From: Gonapodya sp. JEL0774
Lineage: Eukaryota
Assembly: GCA_027604505.1 (NCBI GenBank)
Contig: JADIIX010000161.1
Location: 1 to 44,834 of the forward strand
Length of the DNA stretch: 44,834 nt
Reading direction: 5' to 3'
Shown: positions 12,923 to 26,028 of the stretch, one piece after another
Layout of the letters: each line of letters opens with the position of its first letter
Position numbering within the stretch: position 1 is the first letter of the stretch
Notes under the pieces: model-generated
Seen by the model: the letters and a program-made list of their open reading frames with translations, nothing else
The model's database searches: none
Told to the model about the DNA's origin: nothing
Position numbers and translations under genes: made by a program

Positions 12923-15519
12923 ATGACCGATATCGGTACTCCGAACGTCTCAGCATCAGCAGTGGACGACCGAGTCATTAAAAACTTTCTTGGGTAAGTC
13001 CTCGGTCTATGAAATTTCTACTCCGCCTGCCATCATCCGGTGATGCGCCTTCAATTCACTTCAGCGATGGGGATCATCTCGAGGTTCGAATAATCCACAC
13101 ACCTGAGGTAGCAAACGCCCTTCCATCAGTGATATTACCCGACCACCCTCTTTCGAATTCGGGTGCGCTATACTTTGGAATATTGGAAGCGATCGGTGGG
13201 AGTCTTATCTTACCATCTCCTTGCTCAGGAATGCAACTGGCCATTTTATCCAGAAGTACTTCTAATACTCAAAGCCAGTTTGGTCAAACATCAATGTCAA
13301 CTTCAGGTGAGCTCAGAGGCATGTCTGGTGGTGGTTGGTGGGTTCTGCATCTGATCATGTGACTAACCAAGATGTCAATCTGCAATCATCATGATGGCCA
13401 TAGGAAACTCAAGTTCTGATGATTCCTCACTTGACTCAGATCCCTCTTCTCAAGCCTTTGAGCAGCCATCAACTACCACTGAAGATGTGAAACTTAAGGG
13501 AGCTGGGCCAATGTGTAAGTTTCAAACATAATTTGGTGTTGTGGGAACACAGCATTTTTACTTACACTTGATGTTTCATATACCTTTTGGCATTCTGCAA
13601 GTGCTTGTACATAACAATGATCATTCTCAGTGCAAAACAAGAGATCAACCTATCGCAACAGTTGCTGGTGCAGCATCTGCTTGTGCAGAAACTGTTACCA
13701 AGAGTGAATCAGCCAGCTTGCAAGGTAAGTGCCCTGAAAGTCATTCAGATATAAAGGAGTGTGTTTCTCCAATTCAATGTGATTTGCTTCATGTGGTGTG
13801 CAGGTACACTGACACAGTCAAATGCCACCTTAGAAAAAGCACCATCCCTGCCAGTCATTTGCACTGGAAATGGTAGCACCAATTTCATCAGTGAATGTGA
13901 CTCATTCTCTTCACCACAACTTAAATCCAACACCAGAGGTGCAGGGCTTAATGGTGAGTGTTATGGTAAGTATTAGTTCTATGGAGTATCAATTTATAGA
14001 GTTCATTGATTTGGATAGATAGGAACCTTTCCAATGAGAGAGGCACTACAGCACTGACTGTTGAACCTTCTAATTTCAGAAAAAGTAGAGGTACCTCAGT
14101 TGACAGAGAGGGCTCAAGTTCTTCTCCAATTAAAAGGAGAGCATCTAGTCCACTTGCAACTCCACTTCAAAAGAAGCGTAAGACACTGTCTGGCAAGCCC
14201 AAAGAGCCAGCTGCTGAGCAAATGGAATCTGAGCCAAGTCTTGAGAATGAAAATAAAGGTGAGACAATGGCATCTAATATTAAAACTTCATTGGAGGCTT
14301 CACAATGGTTGTCTGTGTTTTGTTCTTAGTGAAAGTCACCTTAAATATCCCTCCAAAGTCACTTTTGGTTGTTCTTGCACCACCACCATCACCAAAAATT
14401 TTGGACACTGGCTATGACTACTTGTTTTGGATTCTCATATCAACAAAGGCTGTCCTTCCAGGTGCTGAAGTCATCGAGGGGTACTGGCTGGAGAAACTTC
14501 CAGGCTCAACCCTTCACTACAAACTCCCTGAAAAGAAACTTCGGACTATTGATGTTGATGAGTTTTTCCTTCAAGCCAACGGCAAAGATCCCATTGTTCT
14601 TCAACCAGGAAGGGATTTTCAATATCATATTGAGACAGACACTTACAATATCAGTGAGAGTTGCATGACCCAATTAATTGCATCATGCTATGCTCTAAGG
14701 TGCTTGAGGGAGCACCAATTGGATATTCGGGAACGGATCAAGAAAGCTCCTTATATCCAGAAATACAAACGCAGTGACATAAAAGCAGATATTCGTGAAA
14801 TATCAGATAGAGGTGAGTGGTCAAGTGGTCTCTAGAATCACAGGAGTTTAACAATGGATAATGGATGGTTCTTCTGTTACTATTTCTTCATAGATGTTCC
14901 TTTTCCAACTTCTGTGAATGCTGGTGATTATCTTGTGCATATTCAGGCGCAGTTTGACCAGTGGGCTTGCACAACATTCTTTCTGGCCCAAGTCATTAAA
15001 CCTGTGCAGGCAGGGCAGCCAAACAATCATAGAATGCTCTGGTACCGTCGCTCTGTTACCAACAGTCACTCCAAATGGAAGTTTTGGAGCTTAAGCCGTA
15101 ATCCTCCTATTCCTTGTGAGCTTGCTCGGGATCCAAAAGATCCTTCAAATCTTCTTGTCCTCAAGGAACATGTAGACTTTCAAAGTGGTCCCTTTACAAA
15201 ATCATCTCATTATGGACAACATGCAATGTTTATTGATTTAACTGTGCCTACTTCAACCAAGGGACGGTCTGAATATTTGCAGTTGGCTTCCTTTAACCAG
15301 CACATGGAAGCTGACTTTTCTGAAGCCACTGTCAATGAAAGTACGGGTGAAATCACATGGGATGATGGAGTTGAGAGAAAGCCTCTTCATTTAGGAGAGA
15401 GTTTGGATTGTCAGGAGACAGCACTCTTCCCAAGTTTAAGGTACAAGCTGAGAAGCAGAATTGCTATTCCCAGTGGAATTGATTATGAGGCACTAGTGCA
15501 TCACTTCCATAAGGAGTAA
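12923..15519 (+). CDS. Unknown multi-exon protein, putatively nuclear (basic NLS-like patch, two similar beta-rich modules); 5' end uncertain
   Basis: Chain of GT..AG-bounded exons; KRRASSPLATPLQKKRK near 14130-14180; long exons 14330-14812 and 14894-15519 join in phase. No family recognised. Confidence 0.55.
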
Positions 15520-15782
15520 GGACTGACTATAGTGTTGGTAGAATGAACAACAGTGATCCAACAACCAGCCATAGCCCATAATCCATATGTAAGCAAACCA
15601 AGCAAAGGTGTTTCATGTAACTTAATATGAAGAATCAAAGTCATAATGTTATGTTTTCTCAAACAAATCACCAATCTCTTCAGTTGTTATCAATGAAAAT
15701 TGGATTGTACAGATATCTAATATGTTGTGAAGGTACATCCCCAATTGTGATTAAGTAAAGCTAGAGTCTCATCTCTGCAAAC

Positions 15783-17701
15783 TCACTCGTCATCTTCCTC
15801 CTCCTCCCCCTCACCATCCATTTCTCCTTTATCACCATCCTCATTGCTCCACTCTACCTCTTCTTCCACGCTTTCTTCGGCCCCGTCTTCATCCTCATCT
15901 TCGCCCTCACTTGCATAGCTCCCGACATCACTCTCTTCATTATCGTCACCTCGGTCCAGCGCAACACGTCGTGCAAGCCTTGCATAAGTGTCCTCGTTCT
16001 CGCTCTTGTTCCCTTCCGAAGCGTCCTCTTCTTCTTCGCTCCGACTCCCACCTCCGTCTTCGTCCTCATCACTGTCCTCGTTGTTGTCATTCCTTTTTCG
16101 CTTTGCTGCTTTTCCTTCCTTGCTTTCCTTGACCGCTTTCTTCCTCTCTACGTTCTTCTCCTGCTCAGCTCGTCTTTCGGCCTTTTTTCTCGCACGCTCG
16201 GCATGCAATGCTCGAAGTTGAGCAATTTCTGTTGCAGACTTGTGGACTGGGCAGACGGGCGGGAGAGGGGGGATGAGCAATCAAAGTGATATACCTCCGT
16301 GATTCACACCTCACTCAGGTGCCACATCATACTCACCGTACTCATGATGCACGACCTCGCCACTCCCCAAACCGGCCTCCACTTTGACCAACCGCCAGGT
16401 CATACGCGGTCCTAGTTCCACGAGCTTGACCCGTCGCGTCTCGCTACGCTTGTTACCTCGACCAAGGTAGTCTTGAGGTAATGTGACGATGTTGGACGGG
16501 TCTTCACCGTCCGAGGCGGCCGAGTCGTAGTCCGAGTCTGGGGCGGTGCTGGAGGATGGATCGTCAGTGAGCATGTTGGACTACGATTTTGAAAGTGTGC
16601 TCGACACAAACTCACTTGAGCACAAACTCGCTCACATCCCTATACCTCCCCAAATCCAACTCTTTCCTCTTGCTCGCTTTCCCCTGCGCGATCACTGCAC
16701 CCGTGGAGTTTGCAACGCCTTTCCCGCTGCCGGACACGGACTGGAGTACCTTTTTCACCGCACGTGAGACACCAGTGGCACGGATTTGGATGGAGTAGTG
16801 GCGGAAGGAGATGAGTCGAGTAGTGGGGTTGTAGGACAGGAGAACGACGCGGCGGGCTGAGGAGAGTTTCATCTTTATGTGAACAACAAGAATAACCGAT
16901 TAGTCGGTGACGCTCGGTCCCACCAATGGGAGAGGCAACCTCGTGCTCGATCCTGTTCCGCTCTGGAAAAGCAATCCTGCTTACGCTTTTCTCGCAGGGG
17001 TGCAACAAACAGATGATGTAGCCCTCTCCCACAACTCACCGTCTGAACATTAATGGGCGGAAACAAGTTCTGAAACATTGAAACCATCAAATCGACTTCT
17101 TTCCCACCAGCACCACCTTCACCGGCGGTTCCCTGTTTAGCAAGATCCTTTGCCTGACCAAACCCGCTCAACACCAGCAGTGGACCCGTTTGGAACTCGG
17201 TTTTGGATGGAGCATGAGGTCGTCGGAGAGAGGCGAGGACGTCTCGGGTGAGGGAATAGTCGGAGACGCGAAACGTGAGAGTCGGCCCTCGAGGATGTCT
17301 TGCGACCTTGAGATTCACCCCACGGTCACTGCGAGATAAGATGAGATAGTGTGTGACGGCCAGTTGCGAAGCGACTGCGACAAAGTCCTTGAGCTTTTGG
17401 TTGCTTCTTTCGCGGAGTTTTGAGGCTGTGTTGGGTTCCATGACTTTTCTCACATCGCGCACCAACTGCGACACGGAAGGACCCGCATCTTTGCCCATTT
17501 TAATCACGAACGACTTTGGAATACCCGAGTCTATTTCGGGATTAAGTTTGACGTGGGTTCTTCTCTTCTTGCGCTGGAGATGGTAGCCAATGTGGCAGAT
17601 TTTCGCAGTCGACGCGAAACATGAAGGAATACAGGTCAGGGAAGAGGAACTTTCCACCGCCAATCAAGGGATTCTTTCGATTGATTTCAGACCTTTGGCA
17701 T
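15783..17701 (-). CDS. SSF1: Brix-domain ribosome biogenesis factor Ssf1/Peter Pan
   Basis: MPK|RKKRRTH, PKSFVI, LVRDVRKVMEPNTASKLRER, PRGPTLTFRV, MFQNLFPPINV, ARRVVLLSY, FRHYSI, VKLVELGPRM, and an acidic C-terminal tail. Confidence 0.93.
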
Positions 17702-17935
17702 CTTCTACTTTTGTTTTCCAAGGCGAAGATTTTATGGATTGAGGAGATTCAAGACTTTTCTCTTATTGTGTGGAGCTCTGATCGGCTGTGGTCACAGCAC
17801 TTGCACGTTCATCTGATGCAGCGAACCTCCAAGAAAGAGGTTTCATGTTTCGTACCGAGGAATCTGGTTCACAGTGTATTCGGCAGCTCGGATGGGCTCC
17901 TTCATCAATATGTGATAATTATGAATTGGTGCATT

Positions 17936-20634
17936 TTATTGATCAGTCACACACCCCTCGCTTGCCGGCTGCACCAATTTAGTATATTTGTACAGCGTGC
18001 CGTACTTCACTTTCACCGCCGGTGCCTTCCACGCGCTCCGCCGCTCTGCCATTGTCGCGTCGTCCACTTCCAAATCCAGAATCCGTTTCTCGGCGTCGAT
18101 CGTCACCATATCCCCGTCCTGCACCAATGCAATGGGCCCCCCAACTTGCGCTTCGGGTGTCACGTGACCGATAATGAAACCCTGAGTGGGAGATTTGTTC
18201 AAGATGAGATCGATGTCACTGTCGTTAATCAGCCACTTCCAAATCTCACGTGACTTCCACCGGAGAATCTTCCATCAGTAAGCATGGCAACATCCTTGCC
18301 TAACCCCGCACCCATAATGGCGCTCGTGGGAGTCAACATTTCAGGCATGCCAGGTCCTCCTTTCGGACCTTCATACCTTCGAACGATTAAAGAGCGCCAA
18401 ACCATCAACAAAACAACCACAGGCAAACCAGGCGTACCTCATTCCACTCTCACCGAATAATAATCACATCTCCCTTTACGATCTTCTTCTCCTCCAACGC
18501 CCTCAACATTGCTACCTCCCCGTCAAACACTCTTGCAGGCCCTCTGAACACCAGTCCCTCCTTGCCCGTAATTTTCGCGACGGCACTGTCAGGTGCCAGT
18601 GTACCTTTCAGAATAGTGATGTGCCCCGATGGTTTGATGGGGTTGGAGATTGGGTGGATGATTTTTTGGTCGGGTTTCAGGTCGGGGAGGGGAGCGAGGT
18701 TTTCTTTTAGAGTCTTTTGATCGTATCCGGGATGCGATCATGGTATCAAGATGAATTGGCAAGTAAGCAAAAGCCTGATTTCGAGCCACCCCTTAATTGT
18801 TTTGCGACATACAGAGCACTTGCTCGCTCACCTTTCCGGTAACTGTCAAAATATCTCCATTCACCAATCCTTCACTCAACAGGTACTTCAACACCGCTGG
18901 AGTTCCCCCGACATTGTGGAGGTCCTCCATCACATATTTTCCACTACAAGCGCGAAGGAAATCCCATAGTTTGTCCGTTCCATTTTGTCAATAATGCTAC
19001 CCTGAACATGCGATAAGGAATGAAGACGGCACCAACCTAGGTTTCAAATCGGCCAAGAACGGGATCTCGTCACTGATCTTTTGGAAATCTGTCACGTCAA
19101 GTTTGATCCCCGCGGTCCGGGCGATGGCGAGAAGGTGGAGGACGGCGTTGGTAGAGCCTTGAATGTTCAAAAAATATTATGATGAAAATGACAAGGCGGA
19201 GTGGGACGATTATGGGACGACTGTCAGGATTTCCTTTTGAATTCTTGGCGCCAAATAACAAGACCCACCGCCCAAAGCCATCGTTACGACTATCGCATTT
19301 CGCATGCTCTCGTATGTGATAATGTCCCGGGGCTTGATGTCCTTCTCCAGAAGAACACGGATAGCCTATCGAAACAAGTGTGCGGACAGTCAGTCCTTGT
19401 ACTCCAATCGAGGAGTGAAAAGGAGAAGCCGCAGATGAAATGAGCCAGAGCACCTCACCTTTCCAGCGTCTAAACATTCTTGGAGTTTGAGAGGATCAGT
19501 CGCGGGCGTGCTCGAGGAGTATGGGAGGGACATGCCCATTGCTTCGATAGCCGAGGCCACTGCATCACAAAGTCCAAAATGTCACAATGAGTCATCATGC
19601 ACTGCATTTAAGATCCCCAAAAGATCTCACTGGTATTGGCTGTATACATCCCTCCGCAGGCTCCAGGACCAGGACACGCGTGTCTTACAACATCCAATCG
19701 CTCCTCTTCACTGATTTTACCCGTGATATATTCTCCATAGGCCTGGAAGACGGAGACAATGTCTACCATTGGCAAAGAAAGATGTTACCATCGACGACCT
19801 GGGGAGTAGCTCTTTTGCAACTCACCGAGGGGACCGGGTCGCGACTCGCAGTACCCCGGACGGATGGTTCCACCGTAAACCATGATGGAAGGTCGATTGA
19901 TGCGAAGCATGGCCATGATGACACCGGGCACTGGTGCGAGAGGGTTTGATGGGGGAGGCAATTAGGCAAGATTTTTGAACGACGAAGGAGGAGCGGATTA
20001 CGGACTATTTTTGTCACAGCCTAACGAAGGTGATACCGTTTAGTTGGGATCAAACGGGGTGAACGGGTCTAGTTTGAAGAATAGATGAACGTGCCCTCTG
20101 ACCTGGCAACGAAACATTCGCATCATAGAACTGTCCACCCATCACTGTCTCAATCGAATCCGCTATAATCTCTCTCGACTGCAACGAGTATCGCATTCCG
20201 GAATTCCCGTTGGTCATTCCGTCTGAAACTCCAATGGTTGTGAATCGGAACCCTGCCAGACCCGCATTCACTACACCCTCCTTAACCTTGGTCGACAGGT
20301 CGTTAAGGTGCATGTTGCAGGGGTTGCCTTCGTACCAGACGCTGGAAATGCCGACTTGCGCCTTCGAGAGATCTTCAACGCCGAGACCAGTTGCCAACAG
20401 CATCGCTTGAGCCTGCAGTGACGGGGAGTTCAAGTATTCCAGTTAAAAATGCATTCTAAGACTGCAATCCTCTTGAATGCGTACCGCCCCATTGGACTTT
20501 TCCTGCGTGAGTGTACGCGAATGCCGGTTGATGCCGGCTTTCGGTTCCGTACTATAGCGCGCCTTCAGCTTAGAGCTGGCGACCCCAAGTGATCGCAAAG
20601 GCAGCGATCGAGATATAATTCGTCGAGTGAGCAT
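17936..20634 (-). CDS. ILV3: Dihydroxy-acid dehydratase, mitochondrial precursor
   Basis: Arg-rich presequence [109 protein letters not shown]. Confidence 0.96.
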
Positions 20635-20749
20635 CAGGGCAGGACGATGGCACGTGGCACGGATGGGTGATGGGTGACGTGAAAGAAGTAATGGATTCGA
20701 ACTCGGACCGAAGCAACTCGGGATACACAATATATTGACAATCCGGTAG

Positions 20750-23700
20750 CTATTTCATCTGCGACAAGTTCTCCAACGATGTTCTGCTCATAAAGATCGG
20801 TTGATATAGTCTGCGAAGGATTGATTGGTGAAGAGCATCAAGTTTTGATCCACAAGTGCTGCCTCACCTCGAAATGATCTGCGGGACCGTTGCCTTCTGC
20901 CCCGACACCGCAACGCTGTCCACAATTGTGAGAAGTTTGTCCGTCCATTTCGCGACCCTCGCTGCCTCCACTCTGTGGCTCCGAAATTTGACACGGCCAT
21001 GCAGTATTCCGTCCTGTTGAGACACCTCCACCTCCAGGTCGCTTTGCTTCCCCGCAACATGAGACCACAGCATCTTTGTTTCAGTCATGTTCAGAGAGGA
21101 TTTCTTTCCGAATTTGAAGAAGTGGCAGGTCACGGTAGGCGGCACAACCTCAGCCAGTGTTAGAGCTGTTCGGGTGAGACAAGTTGGCGCGTTTTGCTCG
21201 TGCGAATGGATGCTCTTGAGCATCGTGCCAAACAAGTCCAAGAAGGTGCCGCCTTCGTTTGGCTTCAAGTCGACTTTGACTGGGAGGTCAAGCGAGAACG
21301 GTCCAATCGGTGTTGGAGCTCCATCACGTGCTACTCTGCAGTCAAGTGTCACTCCCATTAGAAACTTGGAGGTCCCTGAAATGTGTCGAACAAGAATAGC
21401 TAGACAGGCTGCGAAGCTGGCTTCCACCGATCGTAATTCATTGTCCGTCGGAGTGGCACTCTTGAGATCGTCAAGCTCGCCTAAAGTATCATATTCTTCA
21501 TTACCGGCAGACGACTTGGGAAGTTGCTTCCGCGACTTCATATATCTCTGCCATTCCGCCAACAACTGACCCAGACTCTGCACCGTCTCATGACAGATCT
21601 CGAAGGGTATCGCGCCGAATTCTGATGCAAAATCTCGTGACGAATGCGACAGATGCGCCGCCGAACGCGATGTAGAAAGAGGGATCCCAAGATCCGGTGC
21701 TGGTACCCTCACTTCCACTCTTACCGGATTGAGAAGATTTGTGAGATTCATTGCCGCAATATCAGTCGTGTAGGTCCGCTCTGTGACCGTACGGATCTGA
21801 TCGCATAGTCCTTCGAGTTCCCTCTTGCCCTTAAGAATTCGTCGCTCGATGCTGAATTTGACCCGACTCTCTTCAAGAACACATTCTCTGGTAAGAAAGG
21901 ATTGAAAATAAGCACTGGACGCGACCATGCGGGAAAAAGACCTCTGTTCACCGTATTCGATTCCGCACATGCTCCACCTGAGCACAGCAACAAGCAAGAG
22001 TGTCATCCACAAGCAGTTCTATTCCATACTACCCTCGCCACAATTCACTCACCAACGCCAGAATTCTCTTCTTCTCCTTGCTACTCAAGTCCACCATGTA
22101 CTCCATCTCCACCTCATCCAACTTAGCAAACTCCTCAATCGACATATCTTTCACGCCCACCGCCTTTCTCGCCTTTTCTGACACACCATGTTTCACTAGC
22201 AAACTTTCGGCGTCCCCAATTTCAACGTCAGGGCCGAGGACTGCACGAAGCAAGGCACGCTTCGCTTCGACCGTGATGCGTATCATTTCACCCGAAGTCG
22301 TGTCGTAGAGGGTCGTGACATCTGATGAATTGAAAAGATCGTCCATGCGCAACCGCTGTTCCCTGAGAGTGGCGAGTTCAAGGTCCAGATCACGCTTGCG
22401 GAGCAACAAACTGTCTCGCTGTTTCGAGAGCACGTCCACTTGAGTCAATAATTGCGTTCTCTTCAATTCCACACCTTTCCGCTGTGATGATGCGATGTGC
22501 GTCTCTTGAACCACCTCAAAGCACTGTTGACGCAAAAATGACGGAAGACCTCGCTCGTGGAACTTGGAGGCAGCCTTCACAGCCACATCTCTCGCGTAAC
22601 TTGCATATGATTTCGCTTCCGTACCAGGGGGAACGGGATTCGTCGTGCTCGGCAACGCAAATCCTCCCACAACCGCACGCGCGTACTCCATTACCTCCCT
22701 CGCCGCCTCACCCGCACTACGCTCGTCAGCCACCATTTGGGAAAAGGCGAACACCGCCACCGTCCATTCTGTACCAATTCCTGCAATTTCCTTACCGTGC
22801 ATAAGTCCATCCTTTATCCCTCCGACCACACACCTCCTCCACGGCGCCGCCCCTCCTCCAGAAAAGACAAAAACTTTTAATGTCCCGATTTTCTTTCCAT
22901 CTGCACCTTTGGTGCCCGCTTCAACAACCTGTCTTCTCATCCACCTCCTGACGAGCTCGCTCACGGCCGTTGTACTCAGTACCCCACTCGCCCCTCCTTC
23001 CATCCTGTCGCCCGTAACTTCCTCCACAACACCTAGCCCACCATCTTCGCCTGTCACGAATTTGCCTATATCCCTCGTTTCCTCACACAGAATATCCGAG
23101 TCCAAAATGCGGGGATTCGACCATACTTTGGCACCCAGCACAGGATACCGAGATATCATCACTTCGACGGCCTTGCGCATCGCAGACGCAGTAACGCGAT
23201 ACGGCTGAGCTGCGGAAGTCGAAGTCAGGTAGCACTGAGTGATGTATGGTGGATCTTCGTCCACCACCCCCACTCCTGGTCGCCTGGCGACACGCATTTC
23301 CGCAGGATCCTCAGTACCAGGATACACCGTCCTATACAAATCCACTTGCCACGGAGTCGCTGGGTAAACATGTGGATCCTGCTTAGGCATGGGTGGCATG
23401 TGTTCCGTAATATCACTACTCAACGGCGAGGGAGCACCAGGAATAACCACCCTACCAGAAGCAGACGCTGAGGAGGGCGTCGCTGCCCACGACCCGTGTC
23501 GCGTGTGGTGCGACCCTGGTCCGGCAGATGAATGCCTTTCGTGACCCGCCACTGCGAAAGACGCAGCGGCGGCTCCACGCTTCGTGTTCGACAGAGAAAG
23601 CGGGGAGGACGCGGCGGCAATTGAGTGAGGCGAGGGGGAGACCAGAGAGGTGGCGGACTTTGTAGAGCTTTTGCGCTCTGAGAGCGGGGATGGTGCGCTG

Positions 23701-26028
23701 GGCGAGGTTGATGAGGCGGAGAATGTGATCGCATGGTGAGCGCTCGCTCGCGAAGGAGACCGTGAGTGGGATGACTCCACGGACGTAATAGATGCTGTAG
23801 GAGACGCAGCGGCGGCACCTGTGAGTGGATTCGCAGTACGTGAAGGTGAGCGCGATGAAGTTGTCCCTGGCAACGAGGCAGAAGTGGATTGGGACGCCGA
23901 GGCTTGTCGAGAGTGCGATGAACGATTGGACGCCACAGAAGCGAGATCAGAGGCGGTCGTTTCGAATGGGCGTACTGGATGGGAACTTGTCGAAGATGGG
24001 CGAACAGATGCAGGGGAAGGGTGAGGAAGGATAGCAGTTCTGAGAGGCTTGGTTGCTTCATGAAGAATAGGTTGGTTGGACGGAGGCTCTATAGCTGATC
24101 GTAGTACAAGTGGAGATTCCAATGTTGAACGACCAGCAGGTCCTTCCGAATCGACGGCATGCTGTGTCGCGGCGTGGTCCAGTGGCACAGTCTCGATTTT
24201 GCTGGCATGCACGCCACTCGCGTTCGCAGTCCAGCTTTTCTCCTCCTCCTGCTCCTTCGCCTTAATTTCTGCGCGAGTGTTGCGACTTGAGGACTCCACC
24301 GATTCGCTCCTCGTTCCTTTGTCAGAAACGACACTTTCTTGTAAGTCCTGCGCATGCTTCAAGTGGGCACGAGACGCAACAGGGCTACTGGTGGTGCCGT
24401 GGTCAACACTGAGCGAACGTGCGGGCGACCGGTGTTCATGATCGCTCTGGTGGTGGCTCAAGAATGCTTCCTTGAAGGTGACGTGGTGGTACTGGCCTGA
24501 TTCATCAGGAATCGGGGAGCGATGTACGTGACTAGGTGGCTGGTGAAGGTCGCCGGTGCTGGTGGGTGGTGGTGGGAGTGGAGGGTGGAATAGAAGGAGA
24601 ACTGCAGTTTGTGCGCAGCAGATAAATATCCTGAAAGATACATCCCCGCTTCACACCTTTTAAATTTTAATTTCTGATCATGGCGGGTGGATGAAGGAGT
24701 TGAGGAGGGGTGAGCCTAGACACAATCGAAACAATTGAGTGAGAACATGCTCTGGGCAAACGCTGTCCAATCTCTCCCACTCCCTGTTACTTTCTCACTC
24801 CCGTTTCCTCAATCTTGATATTTATCCGTGCGCTCCCGAGTCCTTGTAGGAACCACTCACATGTGCCGTCCCTCTCTGCAGTCCGGGGACATGGTTCTTG
24901 ACGGTCGTCCAACGAGACAGAGGTTTTGCAGGACCTGAAGATGAATCCGCATCTCTCACTTCATCGTCTCTACCTTGGTCAGAATCGTTGTCCCTGTCGC
25001 AGTGGTGTAGGTCGTCGGTCAGCGCGAAGTTCACGGTGGAACGAGGTTTCGTAGGAGGGGGCGAGGCGTTTGGATGAACAATGTCGGTGTCGGTTTTGGA
25101 AGAAGAAGATGATTCTTTCGGGGCAAGGAGAGGGATTGGCGAGATTTGAGTGAGTGGAGTTGATATGTAGAAGTAATATGGGTGAATTAGAGTGTGTCGA
25201 GTTGAAAAATTGGTAAAGACTGAGATACGGCGTGAAGAAATACTTGCCAGGCACCTGTACATCATCAATATTGACGTGAGCTCCGTCAATCCGTTCCCCA
25301 GAGGTGTCGCTCGCTCCTCTGTGAACTCCATGACTCGCTGTTGTTCCAGACACCATGTGCCCTACCTCTTCCCCGCGCCCCATGTGACCATCCCCAAACG
25401 GCACGACATTGCTCCGCGGTGTGAGTCTGATGGCCTGGCTCTGAGACATGCGTGGCAATCGGAGCGAAACGAGGTCCCCTCTGGAGTTGAGAATGTCGGC
25501 TGTGGAGTCCCCGAGGGGGTGACCGGGGGGCAATGGTACAGATGAAGTATCTTGTTTGAGTGGGGTGGTGGAGACGAGGTCAGGCTGGGACAGAGCGATT
25601 TTGCGCCGTGAATTGAGACCACTCCGCTTAGAAGACGGCACGTGGGAGCGAGGACGTGGGTTAACAGGTCCGGGCAGGTACAGATTCGGGTGAGACTGCG
25701 ACAGTGACTGGGGCATTATGGGAGTGGGTGTCGTGGAGTGCCTCGAGTTGGGTTGGGGTGAAGGCTGTCGTACCGGCAAGATCGAACTGGATCCATCCAG
25801 ACCGGCGAGAGAACGCGATGTCTTGATCCCATCCGCATGTTGCGCCAGATTCAGATGCGATCCAGACAGCGTCAGACCCGACGACATTGATCTGAGATTC
25901 TGTCGACTACTCGTCCTGCTCCCGCTCTTCTTTGCGTGATCTCTGCCCTCTCTGCCATCACCAGTCTTCCCAATTCCATTCTTTGCATTCTTGTCGGTCG
26001 CGGTGTCCACGGGGGTGCGCGCAGACAT
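20750..26028 (-). CDS. Large protein: Ser/Pro-rich disordered N-terminus plus a stand-alone, degenerate NRPS condensation-type domain split by a coiled-coil/SAM-like insert
   Basis: Exons chain in phase from ATG 26028 to stop 20750. C-domain-like motifs: YPATPWQVDLY, MRKAVEVMISRYPVL, FSQMVADERS, SYASYARD, then AACLAILVRHISG..FLMGV..DCR, IGPFSLDLPVKVDL, TFLDLF, SDLEVEV. Confidence 0.75.

Noticed and set aside
17621..18253. 210-aa plus-strand ORF, and similar long antisense ORFs at 31978-32616, 35108-35743 and 22645-23208
   Set aside because: Shadows of well-supported genes on the opposite strand.
1574..26028. Secondary-metabolite cluster (acyl-CoA ligase + condensation domain + ILV3 as self-resistance gene)
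   Set aside because: FAT1 and ILV3 look like ordinary housekeeping copies, the C domain lacks its catalytic His, and no carrier protein, A domain or tailoring enzyme is present. A second ILV3 copy elsewhere in the genome would reopen the question.
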